DNA of 53,516 nt, taken from positions 1 through 53,516 of the forward strand of contig JBHLMP010000027.1 in the NCBI GenBank assembly GCA_048938025.1, in the 5' to 3' direction. The notes beneath the pieces were generated by a model, which was not told the DNA's origin, made no database searches, and saw only the letters and a list, made by a program, of their open reading frames with translations. A program made the position numbers and the translations under genes. Below are positions 27,464 through 38,089 of the stretch, in pieces; position 1 is the first letter of the stretch, and each line of letters opens with the position of its first letter. Source of the stretch: Promethearchaeota archaeon (GTDB taxonomy: Archaea > Asgardarchaeota > Lokiarchaeia > Sigyniarchaeales > SOKP01).

Positions 27464-28417
27464 ATGGAAAAGAAAGAAAAGATAATTCTTATACAAGGTA
27501 TCAGTTTAATAAGTTGCTTTATTTTAATTTCAATAATATTATTGACACCTCTTTTTTTTGATTTCGCTTGGAACGACGCCTTAAGAGATTTATTACCAGA
27601 AACTAAATATTTCTTTCGTTATATTACTGAACTTGGAGGAACTTTTATTTACTTGATTATATTTTTTATCATTTTTTGGGGCATAAATAAAAAAATGGGC
27701 AAAATTTTACTATTTGTTTATGTATCATCAAATTTCGTGAACTATTATGCTAAAGCAATTATTTCTAATGACCGTCCTCCAGAATCTGATTGGCTATTGA
27801 TAGGAGCTTCTCATCTAAGTACACCAAGTGGACATGCTATGAGTTCAACAGTTTTTTGGGGTATGAACTCGATGAAAATTAAAAGATTGGCTATGTGGAT
27901 AATTTCAATTATAATCATTTTTCTGGTCGGATTATCTAGAATTTATCTTGGAGTTCATTGGCTAGGGGATGTTATAACTGGTTGGTTATTTGGTATAATA
28001 ATTTTACTTTTAGTCTGGATTCTTGAAGAACCATTAAATTCTTTTGTATCTAAATATAACGTTATTTACTTTTATTTAGGGTTGGCTATTTTTGGGCTTA
28101 CTGTCATGATATTTACTGAATTTTTTTATGACTCAACTTATAATTTTGGAGCACCGGGAGGACAGATGATTGGATTAGGTCTAGGTTTCGCTCTTGAACA
28201 TAAATATGTAAATTTTGAAATAGAGTTTAATCCTGGAGAAAAATGGAAGCAAATATTAAGAATTTTATTAGGATTACTTTTTATCGGATTATTGTTTTTA
28301 GGTTTAAATTTAATTCTTGATTCTGATATCGTCTGGTTAAAAGCACTTCATTATATCTTGACTTTATTAATAGGAATCTCTCTTTGGCCCTTTATATTTA
28401 AGAAAATTGGTCTTTAA
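27464..28417 (+). CDS. PAP2-family membrane phosphatase
   Basis: KAIISNDRP, PSGH and SRIYLGVHWLGD catalytic motifs; multiple TM helices. Confidence 0.92.
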   Translation: MEKKEKIILIQGISLISCFILISIILLTPLFFDFAWNDALRDLLPETKYFFRYITELGGTFIYLIIFFIIFWGINKKMGKILLFVYVSSNFVNYYAKAIISNDRPPESDWLLIGASHLSTPSGHAMSSTVFWGMNSMKIKRLAMWIISIIIIFLVGLSRIYLGVHWLGDVITGWLFGIIILLLVWILEEPLNSFVSKYNVIYFYLGLAIFGLTVMIFTEFFYDSTYNFGAPGGQMIGLGLGFALEHKYVNFEIEFNPGEKWKQILRILLGLLFIGLLFLGLNLILDSDIVWLKALHYILTLLIGISLWPFIFKKIGL

Positions 28418-28441
28418 ACAAATAAAAGTAAGGTGAGAAAA

Positions 28442-28648
28442 ATGGAAAATTCAAAAGTAAAATTAGATGATTTTCTTATTCTTTGGGGATTTATTCTTTT
28501 TATCTTTGGTTTTTAAGGAATTGTTCAACTTGGATAAATGGATGGTCTTATTGGGTTTATTCCTGTTGGCTTAATTCTACTAATTATTGGAATGTTGATT
28601 ATAAGTTTCGTATCAGATGTTGATAAAAGGAAAAAATCTTTAGAGTAA
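28442..28648 (+). pseudogene. Degraded small two-helix membrane protein gene
   Basis: AAGGTGA Shine-Dalgarno-like site, then MENSKVKLDDFLILWGFILFIFGF*GIVQLG*MDGLIGFIPVGLILLIIGMLIISFVSDVDKRKKSLE*, with in-frame TAA at 28514 and 28535. Confidence 0.55.
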
Positions 28649-28723
28649 TTTCTTTTTCAGTTTAAAATTTTAAATATATTGCTATCAAAATTATATGTGT
28701 ATATAAGTAAATGTGTATTAACA

Positions 28724-29536
28724 ATGGTTGAAAAATTTCTTGAGGGTAAAGGAGCTCTTATAACTGGTGGAGCTTCTGGTTTTGGAAGAGATGTAGGACT
28801 TGCATTTGCAGAAAGGGGTGCAGATTTAGTCCTTGTTGATATTAATGAAGAAATGTTAGAAGAAACAAGTAAGACAATTGTACAAAAAACTGGACAAAGA
28901 GTTATACCTATAGTTTGTGATGTATCTCAAGCAGACCAAGTAAAAAATATGGCGAAACAAGCCTTTTCAGAATTAAATAATATATATGTATTATTTAATA
29001 ATGCCGGGATATGTCCCGGATATGGAAAAGATATTCTTAAAGTGGATGAGAAGGTTTGGAATATGACTATAGATGTGAATCTTAAGGGACAATGGTTAGT
29101 ATCAAAATTTATTTGTCGAGGGATGAAAAAACAACCATTTAAACCTTTAGCGGGAAAGGTTATTCATACTTCATCAGATTTTGGTATGGTTGTTGAGACC
29201 TCAGTACCAGTCTATAGTATTAGTAAAGCTGCTATTATAGCATTAATGCAAGTATTTGCAAGAACTTTAGCTCCCAATATAACAGTAAACTCTATAGCCC
29301 CTGGATATCACGTAACCGGAATTTATGCGAATAATGAAGATGTAATGATTCAGACTATGAAGATTGGTCATGTCAAAACTCCATTAAATCGAATAGGTAC
29401 TGTAGAGGATATTGTGAATGTAGCAGTATTCTTAGCTTCTCCAGCGTCTAATTTTATAACTGGGCATAATATTGCAGTTGATGGAGGAATTGCCGAAGTA
29501 GGGGTTCCAGCCTATTATTTCAAATCTGATGTTTAA
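28724..29536 (+). CDS. Short-chain dehydrogenase/reductase (FabG-like)
   Basis: TGGASGFG, NNAG, YSISK (YxxxK), VNSIAPG and VDGG. The ATG at 28724 is preferred. Confidence 0.93.
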   Translation: MVEKFLEGKGALITGGASGFGRDVGLAFAERGADLVLVDINEEMLEETSKTIVQKTGQRVIPIVCDVSQADQVKNMAKQAFSELNNIYVLFNNAGICPGYGKDILKVDEKVWNMTIDVNLKGQWLVSKFICRGMKKQPFKPLAGKVIHTSSDFGMVVETSVPVYSISKAAIIALMQVFARTLAPNITVNSIAPGYHVTGIYANNEDVMIQTMKIGHVKTPLNRIGTVEDIVNVAVFLASPASNFITGHNIAVDGGIAEVGVPAYYFKSDV

Positions 29537-29649
29537 TCATTTTTTTAATTTATTTAAGAAATTAGGATGGATTTGCTGTAAAAAATAAAAGATTTATAAA
29601 GAAATTCGAATAAATATTTATTCAATAATCAAAGAGAAACTCTAAAAAT

Positions 29650-30054
29650 ATGGTAAATATGATAAATATTGTCATTGTAATCTTTCAAGCAATTTTTGTA
29701 GTTGGATTTATTGCATTTTGGATTTACTTCTTCTTAGTAGAAAATAAAAATCCAGAAAGAACAGAAGTATATTTAGTATTTGAGAAATCTTTTATTTTAG
29801 CAGATTTAGTTTTTGCTACTCCTGTTTTAATTTTATCGATTTTTGGGATTCTAACTGAGGAAAAATTCGGATTCTTTTTCTCTGTGGTTGCAGGAAGTGC
29901 AATTATTTTTTTATTTTTCATGGATTTATGTTTTAACTTGCAACAAGGAACTTATAAAAAAAGAGATGGCGCAACATTATTAGAGATGGGAATAAACATT
30001 TTGTGTCTCATATTTGGTCCACTCTTCATAATATTTGGTTGGTTTAACTTATAA
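29650..30054 (+). CDS. Hypothetical four-helix membrane protein
   Basis: Four hydrophobic segments; FEKSF.LAD motif. Confidence 0.75.
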   Translation: MVNMINIVIVIFQAIFVVGFIAFWIYFFLVENKNPERTEVYLVFEKSFILADLVFATPVLILSIFGILTEEKFGFFFSVVAGSAIIFLFFMDLCFNLQQGTYKKRDGATLLEMGINILCLIFGPLFIIFGWFNL

Positions 30055-30263
30055 CCATATGCAATTTAAATCTAAATTCTACTTTTTTTTTTAAAAAAAA
30101 CAGGAAAAAAGAAAAAACAAGAATTTATAAAACAATTTGATATATAGTTCTACAGATTATTTTAATACTTCATATAATCTAGCTTAATTTTATAAAATTA
30201 TACATCAAAAATAATATTATACAAATTTTTACTAAATTTGAAAATTTTAGGAGGTTTAAATAA

Positions 30264-32060
30264 ATGGTGAAAGTAAATGGAGCTCAATTAATAATTAGGG
30301 CTTTAGATAATCAAGGAGTTAATGTAATATTTACTCTTTGTGGAGATAATGATTTGATCTATAATTACTGTACAGATAAATCATGTACGGAGTTAGGCAT
30401 AGATATTATTGATTTTCGGCATGAACAAGCTACTGGGCATGCTGCGATTGGATATTATCTTGCCACAGGTGAAGTAGGAGTTTGCTCAGTCCAATCCGGG
30501 CCTGGTATTACAGATTTATATCCAGCTATTCCTATAGCATGGGATGCTAGTATTCCACTGGTTGCTATATGTGCATCAACACCTATGATGGAATTTGAAA
30601 AATTGGCTATGAATGAAATTGATGTTGTACCCTCATTTAGACCAGTAACCAAATGGAGTGGTTATTGTTATGAAACAGCGAGATTACCAGAATATATCAA
30701 CATGGCATTCAGGATCGCGTCTACAGGTCGTCCTGGACCTGTTCTTTTGTTAGTTCCTTTTGATATTTTAGTTAGTGAATGTGATGATGAATTAGATATT
30801 GTGCAACGAGCTTTTCGACCTGTTGAAACCCTAAGAGCATTTTATGGCCCATATGGGAATGAAAAATTAGTAGTTGAAGCTATAGAATTATTGTTGAACG
30901 CTAAACATCCTTTAATAATAGCGGGTACAGGTATAAATTTCTCAGATGGTTCTTCTGAACTCATAGAGTTTGCCGAATTCACAAAAATTCCTGTAGGAAC
31001 ATGGGGATTTGGTAATGGTTCTATTCCAGCAGATCATCCTCTGAATTTTGGATTAGCAAGTCCTTTAGATGGCCCTGGGACAGCATTACTTCAAAAAGTT
31101 GATGTTGCATTGATCCTTGGTTCAAGAATTTCCGCAATGTATAATTTTGGTTATATGCCTTGTTTTTCAGATGATGCAAAATTAATTCAAGTAGATATTG
31201 AAGCAGAAGAAATCGGGAGAAATCGAGGAATTGATATCCCTATAATTGGAGATTGTAAAGGAGTTCTTTCACAGATGATTCAGATTGCTAAAAAGAAATT
31301 AAATAATAAATCAAGATCGGAAATTCCCTGGATTAAAACTGTTAAAGAGCAATTAAACAAATTTTATGAACGAGTCGATAAAGAAGGTGCTTCTGATAAA
31401 ATTCCTATTCAACCTCAGCGATTAGTTAAAGAGATAGGTGATTATATGCCAAAAGATAGCATTATAATTTTAGATGGAGGAGACACAACAGTCTGGGGTT
31501 TGACAATCTTAAGGTCATATTATCCTAAATCTGTATACTTCTCTGGCGGTATGGGAATTCAGCATTTAGGTGGAGGTGTACCTATAGCAATAGCAACGAA
31601 ATATGTCTATCCTGAGAAGAAAATTCTTGTTTTAACTGGGGATGGTTCATTCTTATTCAATGGGAAAGAAATAGACACTGCTCGTAGGCATAATCTCCCT
31701 TTTGTAGTTGTCATAAGTAATGATAGACTTTGGGGGATGGTTGCAAGAGGCCAAAAGATTGCCCATGGCAAGAAATTCTTCGGTCTGGGTTCTTCATTGA
31801 GCGATGAGACTCGTTATGATAAGTATGCTGAAGCATTTAATTGTTATGGAGAATTAGTAACAGATCCAAATGAAATACGCCCAGCATTGGAACGTGCTTT
31901 TGATTCAAACTTACCTGCTGTAATAGATGTTAGGATTAATCCAAAAGTTAATACCGTTATGGATTATCTTGCTCGTGAAGCTTACAATCCAGATAGCTGG
32001 AAAAGAAAGGTGAAAAAGAAAACTGAGATTGTTCTTGAAGTACCAGTGACTAAAAGTTAA
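30264..32060 (+). CDS. Thiamine-diphosphate-dependent enzyme (acetolactate synthase / 2-hydroxyacyl-CoA lyase / benzaldehyde lyase-like)
   Basis: RHEQ catalytic Glu, SGPG, GRPGPV and the ThDP motif GDGS...ND; AGGAGG Shine-Dalgarno-like site. Confidence 0.9.
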   Translation: MVKVNGAQLIIRALDNQGVNVIFTLCGDNDLIYNYCTDKSCTELGIDIIDFRHEQATGHAAIGYYLATGEVGVCSVQSGPGITDLYPAIPIAWDASIPLVAICASTPMMEFEKLAMNEIDVVPSFRPVTKWSGYCYETARLPEYINMAFRIASTGRPGPVLLLVPFDILVSECDDELDIVQRAFRPVETLRAFYGPYGNEKLVVEAIELLLNAKHPLIIAGTGINFSDGSSELIEFAEFTKIPVGTWGFGNGSIPADHPLNFGLASPLDGPGTALLQKVDVALILGSRISAMYNFGYMPCFSDDAKLIQVDIEAEEIGRNRGIDIPIIGDCKGVLSQMIQIAKKKLNNKSRSEIPWIKTVKEQLNKFYERVDKEGASDKIPIQPQRLVKEIGDYMPKDSIIILDGGDTTVWGLTILRSYYPKSVYFSGGMGIQHLGGGVPIAIATKYVYPEKKILVLTGDGSFLFNGKEIDTARRHNLPFVVVISNDRLWGMVARGQKIAHGKKFFGLGSSLSDETRYDKYAEAFNCYGELVTDPNEIRPALERAFDSNLPAVIDVRINPKVNTVMDYLAREAYNPDSWKRKVKKKTEIVLEVPVTKS

Positions 32061-32102
32061 TCAAATTAAACTACAATAAGCTAGTAAAATTAGATGAATT
32101 GA

Positions 32103-33116
32103 ATGAAAGCAGCCAAATACGAAGGGAAAAGAAAAATCACAATTGTAGATATACCTAAGCCAATTCCTAAAAATGACGAAGTATTAGTTCGAGTTAAGTA
32201 TGCAGGCATCTGTGGCTCAGATTTAGAGGCATATAAGACTGGATTATATCCATCTAATATCGTTATGGGTCATGAAATTATAGGTTATATAGCTGAGAAA
32301 GGTTCTGATGTAAAGAAATGGAAGGAAGGAGATCGTGTAGCAGTATTTCCAGGTTTGATTTGTGGTAAATGTCATTTTTGCAGAATAGGTCAGGATAATC
32401 TATGTGTACTTGAAGGGTCTTTAGGTTTTGGACAAAATGGTGGCTTTTCGGAATATATTCATGTAAAAGAAGAAAGTCTTTTTTCAATTCCCGATACTAT
32501 CCCAGATAAACATGGCACGATTTTTGATCAAATTGCTACTGCTTTATTAGCGTTAAGAATATCTAATTTTAAACCTGGAAGTTATTCAGTTATATTAGGG
32601 TGTGGTACAATGGGTCTCTTTTTTCTTCAATATTTAAAAATTGCTGGAGCAAGAACTATTGTCGTTGTTGAAAGGAATCTTTATAGATTAAATATAGCTG
32701 AAAAGTTTAATCCTGATTTAGCACTTAATAAAGTGGCGTTGGTAAAAATCAGAAGATATGCCAAGCGCGAATTTGGAGGAGCAGATTTCGTTTTTGAATG
32801 CACTGGTTTTCCAACTCTAGTAAATGATGCCATTAATATAGCACGAAAAGGTGGAACTGTTGTACAAATTGGTATTTGGGATAAACCAATCGAAATAAAC
32901 CTACTTAAATATGTTATGAATCAAATTCGAATCCAACCTGTTTGGAGTTATACAAAAAATGATTTTAAGAATGCAATAGATATAGTTGCTAAAAAAAAGA
33001 TTGATCCCGAACCAATCGTCACTAAAATAATTTCTTTAGATGACATCGCTAAAGAAGGATTTGAATGCGCAATAGATCCTGAAACAACTGATATTAAAAT
33101 CCTTGTAGAACCATAA
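32103..33116 (+). CDS. Zn-dependent medium-chain dehydrogenase (butanediol/threonine/sorbitol dehydrogenase-like)
   Basis: GICGSD, GHE, structural Zn CGKCHFC...C, and GCGTMG. Confidence 0.92.
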   Translation: MKAAKYEGKRKITIVDIPKPIPKNDEVLVRVKYAGICGSDLEAYKTGLYPSNIVMGHEIIGYIAEKGSDVKKWKEGDRVAVFPGLICGKCHFCRIGQDNLCVLEGSLGFGQNGGFSEYIHVKEESLFSIPDTIPDKHGTIFDQIATALLALRISNFKPGSYSVILGCGTMGLFFLQYLKIAGARTIVVVERNLYRLNIAEKFNPDLALNKVALVKIRRYAKREFGGADFVFECTGFPTLVNDAINIARKGGTVVQIGIWDKPIEINLLKYVMNQIRIQPVWSYTKNDFKNAIDIVAKKKIDPEPIVTKIISLDDIAKEGFECAIDPETTDIKILVEP

Positions 33117-33150
33117 TTATCAAACCAAGATTTAGATAAAGAATATTAGT

Positions 33151-34257
33151 ATGAAAAAAATAGGACTAATTATAAATCCAATAGCTGGAATGGGTGGTAG
33201 TGTCGGGCTAAAAGGCACAGACGGAGATATTTATAAAAAAGCGTTAAAATTGGGTGCCTCACCAGTAGCCCCTAAAAGAATTAGTCAATTCTTATCAAAT
33301 TTAAAAAGTAAAGAGGATCTCTTTTTACTTGTCGCACCTGGAAAAATGGGAGAGGATTATGTTAAAAAAAAAGGTTTTGCATATGAAATCATCGGGGAAA
33401 TTAAGAGAAAAACCACAGCAGATGATACAAAAAGGATTTCAAATCAAATGGTTGAAAAAAGCATTGAATTACTTGTTTTTTGTGGAGGGGATGGTACTGC
33501 CAGAGATATTTATGATGCAATTGGGATGGCAAAGCCGGTAGTCGCCATACCTTCAGGAGTAAAGATGTTCAGTTCTGTTTTTGCTCTTAACCCAAGGGCT
33601 GGTGCTGAAATTATTGATAAATTTTTGAAGGAGGCCATAGAAACATTAGATAAAGAAATTTTAGATATTAATGAAGAATCTTACCAACGTGGGATTTTAG
33701 ATTCGAGATTATATGGATATTTAAAGGTTCCTAAGGTTCAAAATCTAATACAAGCTGGAAAAGATAGTTCAAATGTAGGACGAACCGATGAAGTAAATAA
33801 ATATGAAATCGCCCAACACATGATTGAAAACATGCAAAATGATATTCTTTATTTATTGGGGCCAGGAACAACTATTAAAACTATTGCTGATCATTTAAAG
33901 ATACCTAAAACCCTACTTGGTATTGATGCCATTTATAACAAGGAACTTATTGGGAGAGATCTGAATGAAAAGGGAATTTTAGAACTTCTAAATGAATATA
34001 AAAAAGTTGAAGTAATCTTGACGCCAATAGGGGGCCAAGGGTTCATATTGGGAAGAGGAAATAAGCAAATTACTCCTAAAATTCTCCAAATTATTGGAAA
34101 AAAGAATTTAAAAATTATTGCTACGGAAGAGAAAATGAAAGGATTAAATTGTTTAAGGGTTGATACTGGTGACATTGAAGTTGATAAGATTTTTGAAGGT
34201 CCTACAAAAGTAATTGTTGGATATAAACAAGAATTAGTAGTAGAAATTTTAATTTAA
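33151..34257 (+). CDS. ATP-NAD kinase-family / AcoX-like protein
   Basis: INPIAGMGG, GGDGTARD, IPSGVKM, GPGTT, GQGFILGRGN and VDTGD. Confidence 0.85.
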   Translation: MKKIGLIINPIAGMGGSVGLKGTDGDIYKKALKLGASPVAPKRISQFLSNLKSKEDLFLLVAPGKMGEDYVKKKGFAYEIIGEIKRKTTADDTKRISNQMVEKSIELLVFCGGDGTARDIYDAIGMAKPVVAIPSGVKMFSSVFALNPRAGAEIIDKFLKEAIETLDKEILDINEESYQRGILDSRLYGYLKVPKVQNLIQAGKDSSNVGRTDEVNKYEIAQHMIENMQNDILYLLGPGTTIKTIADHLKIPKTLLGIDAIYNKELIGRDLNEKGILELLNEYKKVEVILTPIGGQGFILGRGNKQITPKILQIIGKKNLKIIATEEKMKGLNCLRVDTGDIEVDKIFEGPTKVIVGYKQELVVEILI

Positions 34258-34314
34258 AAATAATTTAATTAACTAAATGGGTTTAGTGATCTTAGTATTA
34301 CTAGAGGAGAGCAT

Positions 34315-35136
34315 ATGGTTAGAGAAATCAATAATATTTCTGTAATTGGAGCAGGATATATGGGTAAGCAGATAATTGAGAGATCTGCTTTATGTGGTTA
34401 TAATGTCCATGCTTATGATGTAAATTTTGATAAATTAAATGAGTTTATCTCTGAGTTAAAAAGTTCAAAAGATATAAAGGGAGAGATTATACAACATACT
34501 AATCTTTCGGCTGCAGTGAGGAATGCTGACTTAATTATTGAAGCAATATCTGAAAAAATTGAATTAAAAAGAGAGATTTTTTCACAGATTGATAAAGCAG
34601 CCCCACCTCATGCTATTATAGCTACAAATAGTTCATCAATTCCGATTTCGAAATTAGAGGATGTAGTTAAACGGAAAGATAAAGTTATGAACATTCATTT
34701 TTATCATCTTGTTAACTGGCCAATGGCAGACCTAATGAGAGGTACTCAAACTAATGATGAAACATTTGAGAAAGGAAAAAAATGGGTTGAAAGTATCGAT
34801 ATAACTCCCCTTATTGTAAAAAAAGAATGCTATGGTTTTGTCTTTAACAGAATTTGGCGCGCAGTAAAAAAAGATTGCTTAAAAATTTGGGGTAATGGGC
34901 ATGCCGATGTTGAAGATGTTGATAAAGCATGGAAAATATTTACTGGCTCTGATGAAGGTCCATTTGAAATGATGGATAAAATCGGGTTGGATGTTATATA
35001 TGATATTGAAATGTCTTATTTCAAAAAGAGTGGTGATCAGGATGATAAACCACCTAAAGCCCTTAAAGAAATGGTCGATAAAAACCAATTAGGAAGAAAA
35101 ACTGGAAAAGGCTTTTACAATTATGAAATAAAATAA
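34315..35136 (+). CDS. 3-hydroxyacyl-CoA dehydrogenase family protein
   Basis: GAGYMG, IIEA..E, ATNSSS, GFVFNR, GPFEMMD.IGLD and GRKTGKGFY. Confidence 0.92.
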   Translation: MVREINNISVIGAGYMGKQIIERSALCGYNVHAYDVNFDKLNEFISELKSSKDIKGEIIQHTNLSAAVRNADLIIEAISEKIELKREIFSQIDKAAPPHAIIATNSSSIPISKLEDVVKRKDKVMNIHFYHLVNWPMADLMRGTQTNDETFEKGKKWVESIDITPLIVKKECYGFVFNRIWRAVKKDCLKIWGNGHADVEDVDKAWKIFTGSDEGPFEMMDKIGLDVIYDIEMSYFKKSGDQDDKPPKALKEMVDKNQLGRKTGKGFYNYEIK

Positions 35137-35191
35137 AATTTTTTTTCAATCCTTAATTATATTTTATTTATTCTAAGAGGCCCTTATTTAA

Positions 35192-35908
35192 ATGCCAGAA
35201 AAAGAAGATCAAAATATTCAACGGATTAAAGAACTGGAAAGTTTAAATTTAGCTAGAGATGAGATTAGAGATCTTGTAGTTCAAACTAAGGAAGAGGTTG
35301 AGAAAGATAATGAGTTATTAGCTTTGCAAATAAATCAAGAATTAAGAAGTTATAATATAAAATCTGTTGATGTTGTGGGAGCAATTGGCGCGGGTAAAAC
35401 CGCAATATTGGAAAAAATAGTTGAAATTCTCTCTTCTAAATATAGAATTTTAGTTATTTGCGGAGATATTACTACAAGAGTTGATGCTGATAGAATACAA
35501 TCTCATAATGCTGAAACGATACAGATAAATACTGGTCGTGAATGTGCTTTAAATGCGTATCATATATATCAAATAATAAAAAATAAAGATCTTAATGATT
35601 ATGATCTAATCTTTATAGAAAATGTAGGGAATTTGATATGCCCTTCAGATTTCATTCTTGGAACAGATAAGAGAATTACTATTGTATCTATAACAGAAGG
35701 AGAATGGGTTATTGAAAAACATCCGATGTTATTTAAAATGTCTCAAATTGCGGTAATAAATAAAATTGACCTTGTTGAGAGATTAGGCACAAATATAGAT
35801 AAAATGATTGATGATGCAAAAAGAATTAATCCTAATATTGAAGTTATAACCACTAGTGCTAAAACAGGAGAAAATATAGATAATTTAATTGAAAAATTAG
35901 AATTGTAA
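35192..35908 (+). CDS. hypB: Hydrogenase nickel-incorporation GTPase HypB
   Basis: GAIGAGKT, QINTGREC, ENVGNLICP, SITEG, INKID and SAKTG. Confidence 0.88.
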   Translation: MPEKEDQNIQRIKELESLNLARDEIRDLVVQTKEEVEKDNELLALQINQELRSYNIKSVDVVGAIGAGKTAILEKIVEILSSKYRILVICGDITTRVDADRIQSHNAETIQINTGRECALNAYHIYQIIKNKDLNDYDLIFIENVGNLICPSDFILGTDKRITIVSITEGEWVIEKHPMLFKMSQIAVINKIDLVERLGTNIDKMIDDAKRINPNIEVITTSAKTGENIDNLIEKLEL

Positions 35909-35920
35909 AATGATAAAAAA

Positions 35921-36343
35921 ATGATGAAAGAATTAGAAGAAATAGAATTATTGGTTAATGAAATAGAAGTAGACATTATTAAACTCCAGAATTTATTTTC
36001 TAATTTTATAAAACAACATTTAAAAGGGCTAATCATTGAAAACTATATTGGAGAATACCCAACATTTATGGAACCTGTAATTCTTGGAGAAAAAGTCGCA
36101 ATTGGAGATGATGTACTTATTGGCCCTTATGTTTATATTGGTAAAAATTCAAAAATTGGTAATTATGTAGAAATTTCTAACACAATTATATTTGATAACG
36201 TTAAGATAGGAGAAAACATTAAATTGGATAATTGTATTATTGCTAAAAACTGTAAACTTAATTTTAATAATTCGAATATAAAGAATTGCATATTAAAAGG
36301 AATTGCTACTTCAGAGAAAGAAATATTGAAAATTTATTTTTAA
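35921..36343 (+). CDS. Left-handed beta-helix (hexapeptide repeat) protein
   Basis: Repeated [LIV]G/x hexapeptides (LGEKVAIGDDVLIGPYVYIGKNSKIG), similar to NDP-sugar pyrophosphorylase C-terminal domains. Confidence 0.8.
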   Translation: MMKELEEIELLVNEIEVDIIKLQNLFSNFIKQHLKGLIIENYIGEYPTFMEPVILGEKVAIGDDVLIGPYVYIGKNSKIGNYVEISNTIIFDNVKIGENIKLDNCIIAKNCKLNFNNSNIKNCILKGIATSEKEILKIYF

Positions 36344-36367
36344 ATTATAGTTTCATGGATATATAAC

Positions 36368-37183
36368 GTGAAGAATAAAAAATATTTTGAAGCAAACTTA
36401 AAAAGATGGAACGAGCTAGTTGATATAAATCTTGAATCAGAATGGTATGATTTAAAAGGATTTATGGAAGGCAAAACATCCCTGCTTCCGATAGAAATTA
36501 AGGAACTTGGAGACGTAAATGGAAAATCACTGCTTCATTTACAATGCCATTTTGGAATGGATACTCTTTCGTGGGCAAGGAAGGGAGCAAAGGTAACTGG
36601 TGTTGATTTTTCAGATAAAGCTATCGAATTAGCAAAACAATTAAGTAAAGAATTAAACATACCAGCAAGATTTTTACAATCAAATGTTTATAATATACCA
36701 AATATACTAAATGAGAAGTTTGATATTGTTTTTACCTCTTATGGAGTTCTTTGTTGGCTACCAAATTTAATTAAATGGGCAGAAGTTATAAAATTTTGCC
36801 TAAAACTCGGTGGTACATTCTATATTATTGAAGGACATCCTTTTGGAGCATTGATTGATGAAAAATTTGAAAGAAGGTTCCAAGTGGGTTTCAATTATTT
36901 TACAGAGGGAAGACCAACTCAATGGAAGGAGGAAGGAACTTATGCTGATCTTAATGCCAAGTTAGAAAATAGAACTAATTATCAGTGGGATCACACGATG
37001 AGTGATATTATAAATGCACTAATAAGTATAGATTTAGAAATTGAATTTTTTCATGAATTTCCGTTTACTTTTCATAGTTTTCATCCAGATTTGAAACGAA
37101 GGGATGATGGTTATTGGGAGTTCGAAAATTTAGGATTTTCAGTTCCTATGATGTTTTCAATTAAAGCACAAAAGAAATTATGA
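36368..37183 (+). CDS. Class I SAM-dependent methyltransferase
   Basis: LLHLQCHFGMDT, GVDFS and FDIVFTSYGVL; GTG start. Confidence 0.9.
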   Translation: MKNKKYFEANLKRWNELVDINLESEWYDLKGFMEGKTSLLPIEIKELGDVNGKSLLHLQCHFGMDTLSWARKGAKVTGVDFSDKAIELAKQLSKELNIPARFLQSNVYNIPNILNEKFDIVFTSYGVLCWLPNLIKWAEVIKFCLKLGGTFYIIEGHPFGALIDEKFERRFQVGFNYFTEGRPTQWKEEGTYADLNAKLENRTNYQWDHTMSDIINALISIDLEIEFFHEFPFTFHSFHPDLKRRDDGYWEFENLGFSVPMMFSIKAQKKL

Positions 37184-37199
37184 AATAATACCTTTATAT

Positions 37200-38006
37200 T
37201 TACGATTTTTTTGCCTTAAATAATCCAGTTATCCCAGTTATATTGAATTTAGAATTTTTTTCAAGAATATTTATTATACCTTCCTTAATTTCAAGTTTTT
37301 TTTCTTGAAAGTCAGGATATTGTTCCTTTGGGAACATAGATTCAATATATCTCATTAATGGATCAACTGATGTAATCGATACATGATTGATATATTCATA
37401 TAACTCAATTTCTTCAAAATAAGATTTTAAGGTTTTCATTCCAGTTTCATTTCTAAATTCACTGAATAAATCCATCCTTACTTCGGAATATAATTCAAAT
37501 TCCGAGAGAAAATCCTTCAATTCTCTCATATGTTGTTGACTAACTGTTGTTGAAATAAATTTACCACCTGGCTTCAATACACGATTTATTGATTTAAGGG
37601 CTTTTTGAATATTCGGAACGTGATATAACATATGACATCCTAATACCACATCAAAAATATCATTTGGATAAGGGATTTTTTCTGCGTTAATGAGTTTAAA
37701 TTTTATAGGGAGATTAAGAGGTTTCACGTTTTCTTCGGCTTTATTCAACATTTCTTCTGAAAAATCTGATAAAATAATTGAACACGTTGGAGGAACATTT
37801 TTAAAATTTTCAAGCCATAATTGCCCTGTTCCACAGCCTAGTTCTAATACTTGTTCATATTCTTGAATTTGAATTTTAGAAAAAATCCACTTCTCCAAGG
37901 ATTCTGGATTTGATCCGTAGGACCAAAGATTCATCCGGTTAATCAAGTTTTGATGGTTTTTATACTGCAGTTCAGCAAATTCTTTAACAGTTCTGTTATT
38001 TTTCAT
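37200..38006 (-). CDS. Class I SAM-dependent methyltransferase
   Basis: VLELGCGTG, SDFS, FDVV...HMLYHV and RVLKPGG. Confidence 0.92.
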   Translation of the reverse strand: MKNNRTVKEFAELQYKNHQNLINRMNLWSYGSNPESLEKWIFSKIQIQEYEQVLELGCGTGQLWLENFKNVPPTCSIILSDFSEEMLNKAEENVKPLNLPIKFKLINAEKIPYPNDIFDVVLGCHMLYHVPNIQKALKSINRVLKPGGKFISTTVSQQHMRELKDFLSEFELYSEVRMDLFSEFRNETGMKTLKSYFEEIELYEYINHVSITSVDPLMRYIESMFPKEQYPDFQEKKLEIKEGIINILEKNSKFNITGITGLFKAKKS

Positions 38007-38089
38007 ATATATAGAAGAAAGAATACGTTCATCTATTATAAATTTAGTATTCTAAACACTTTTTTTTACTAATAACATTATAATACAAG

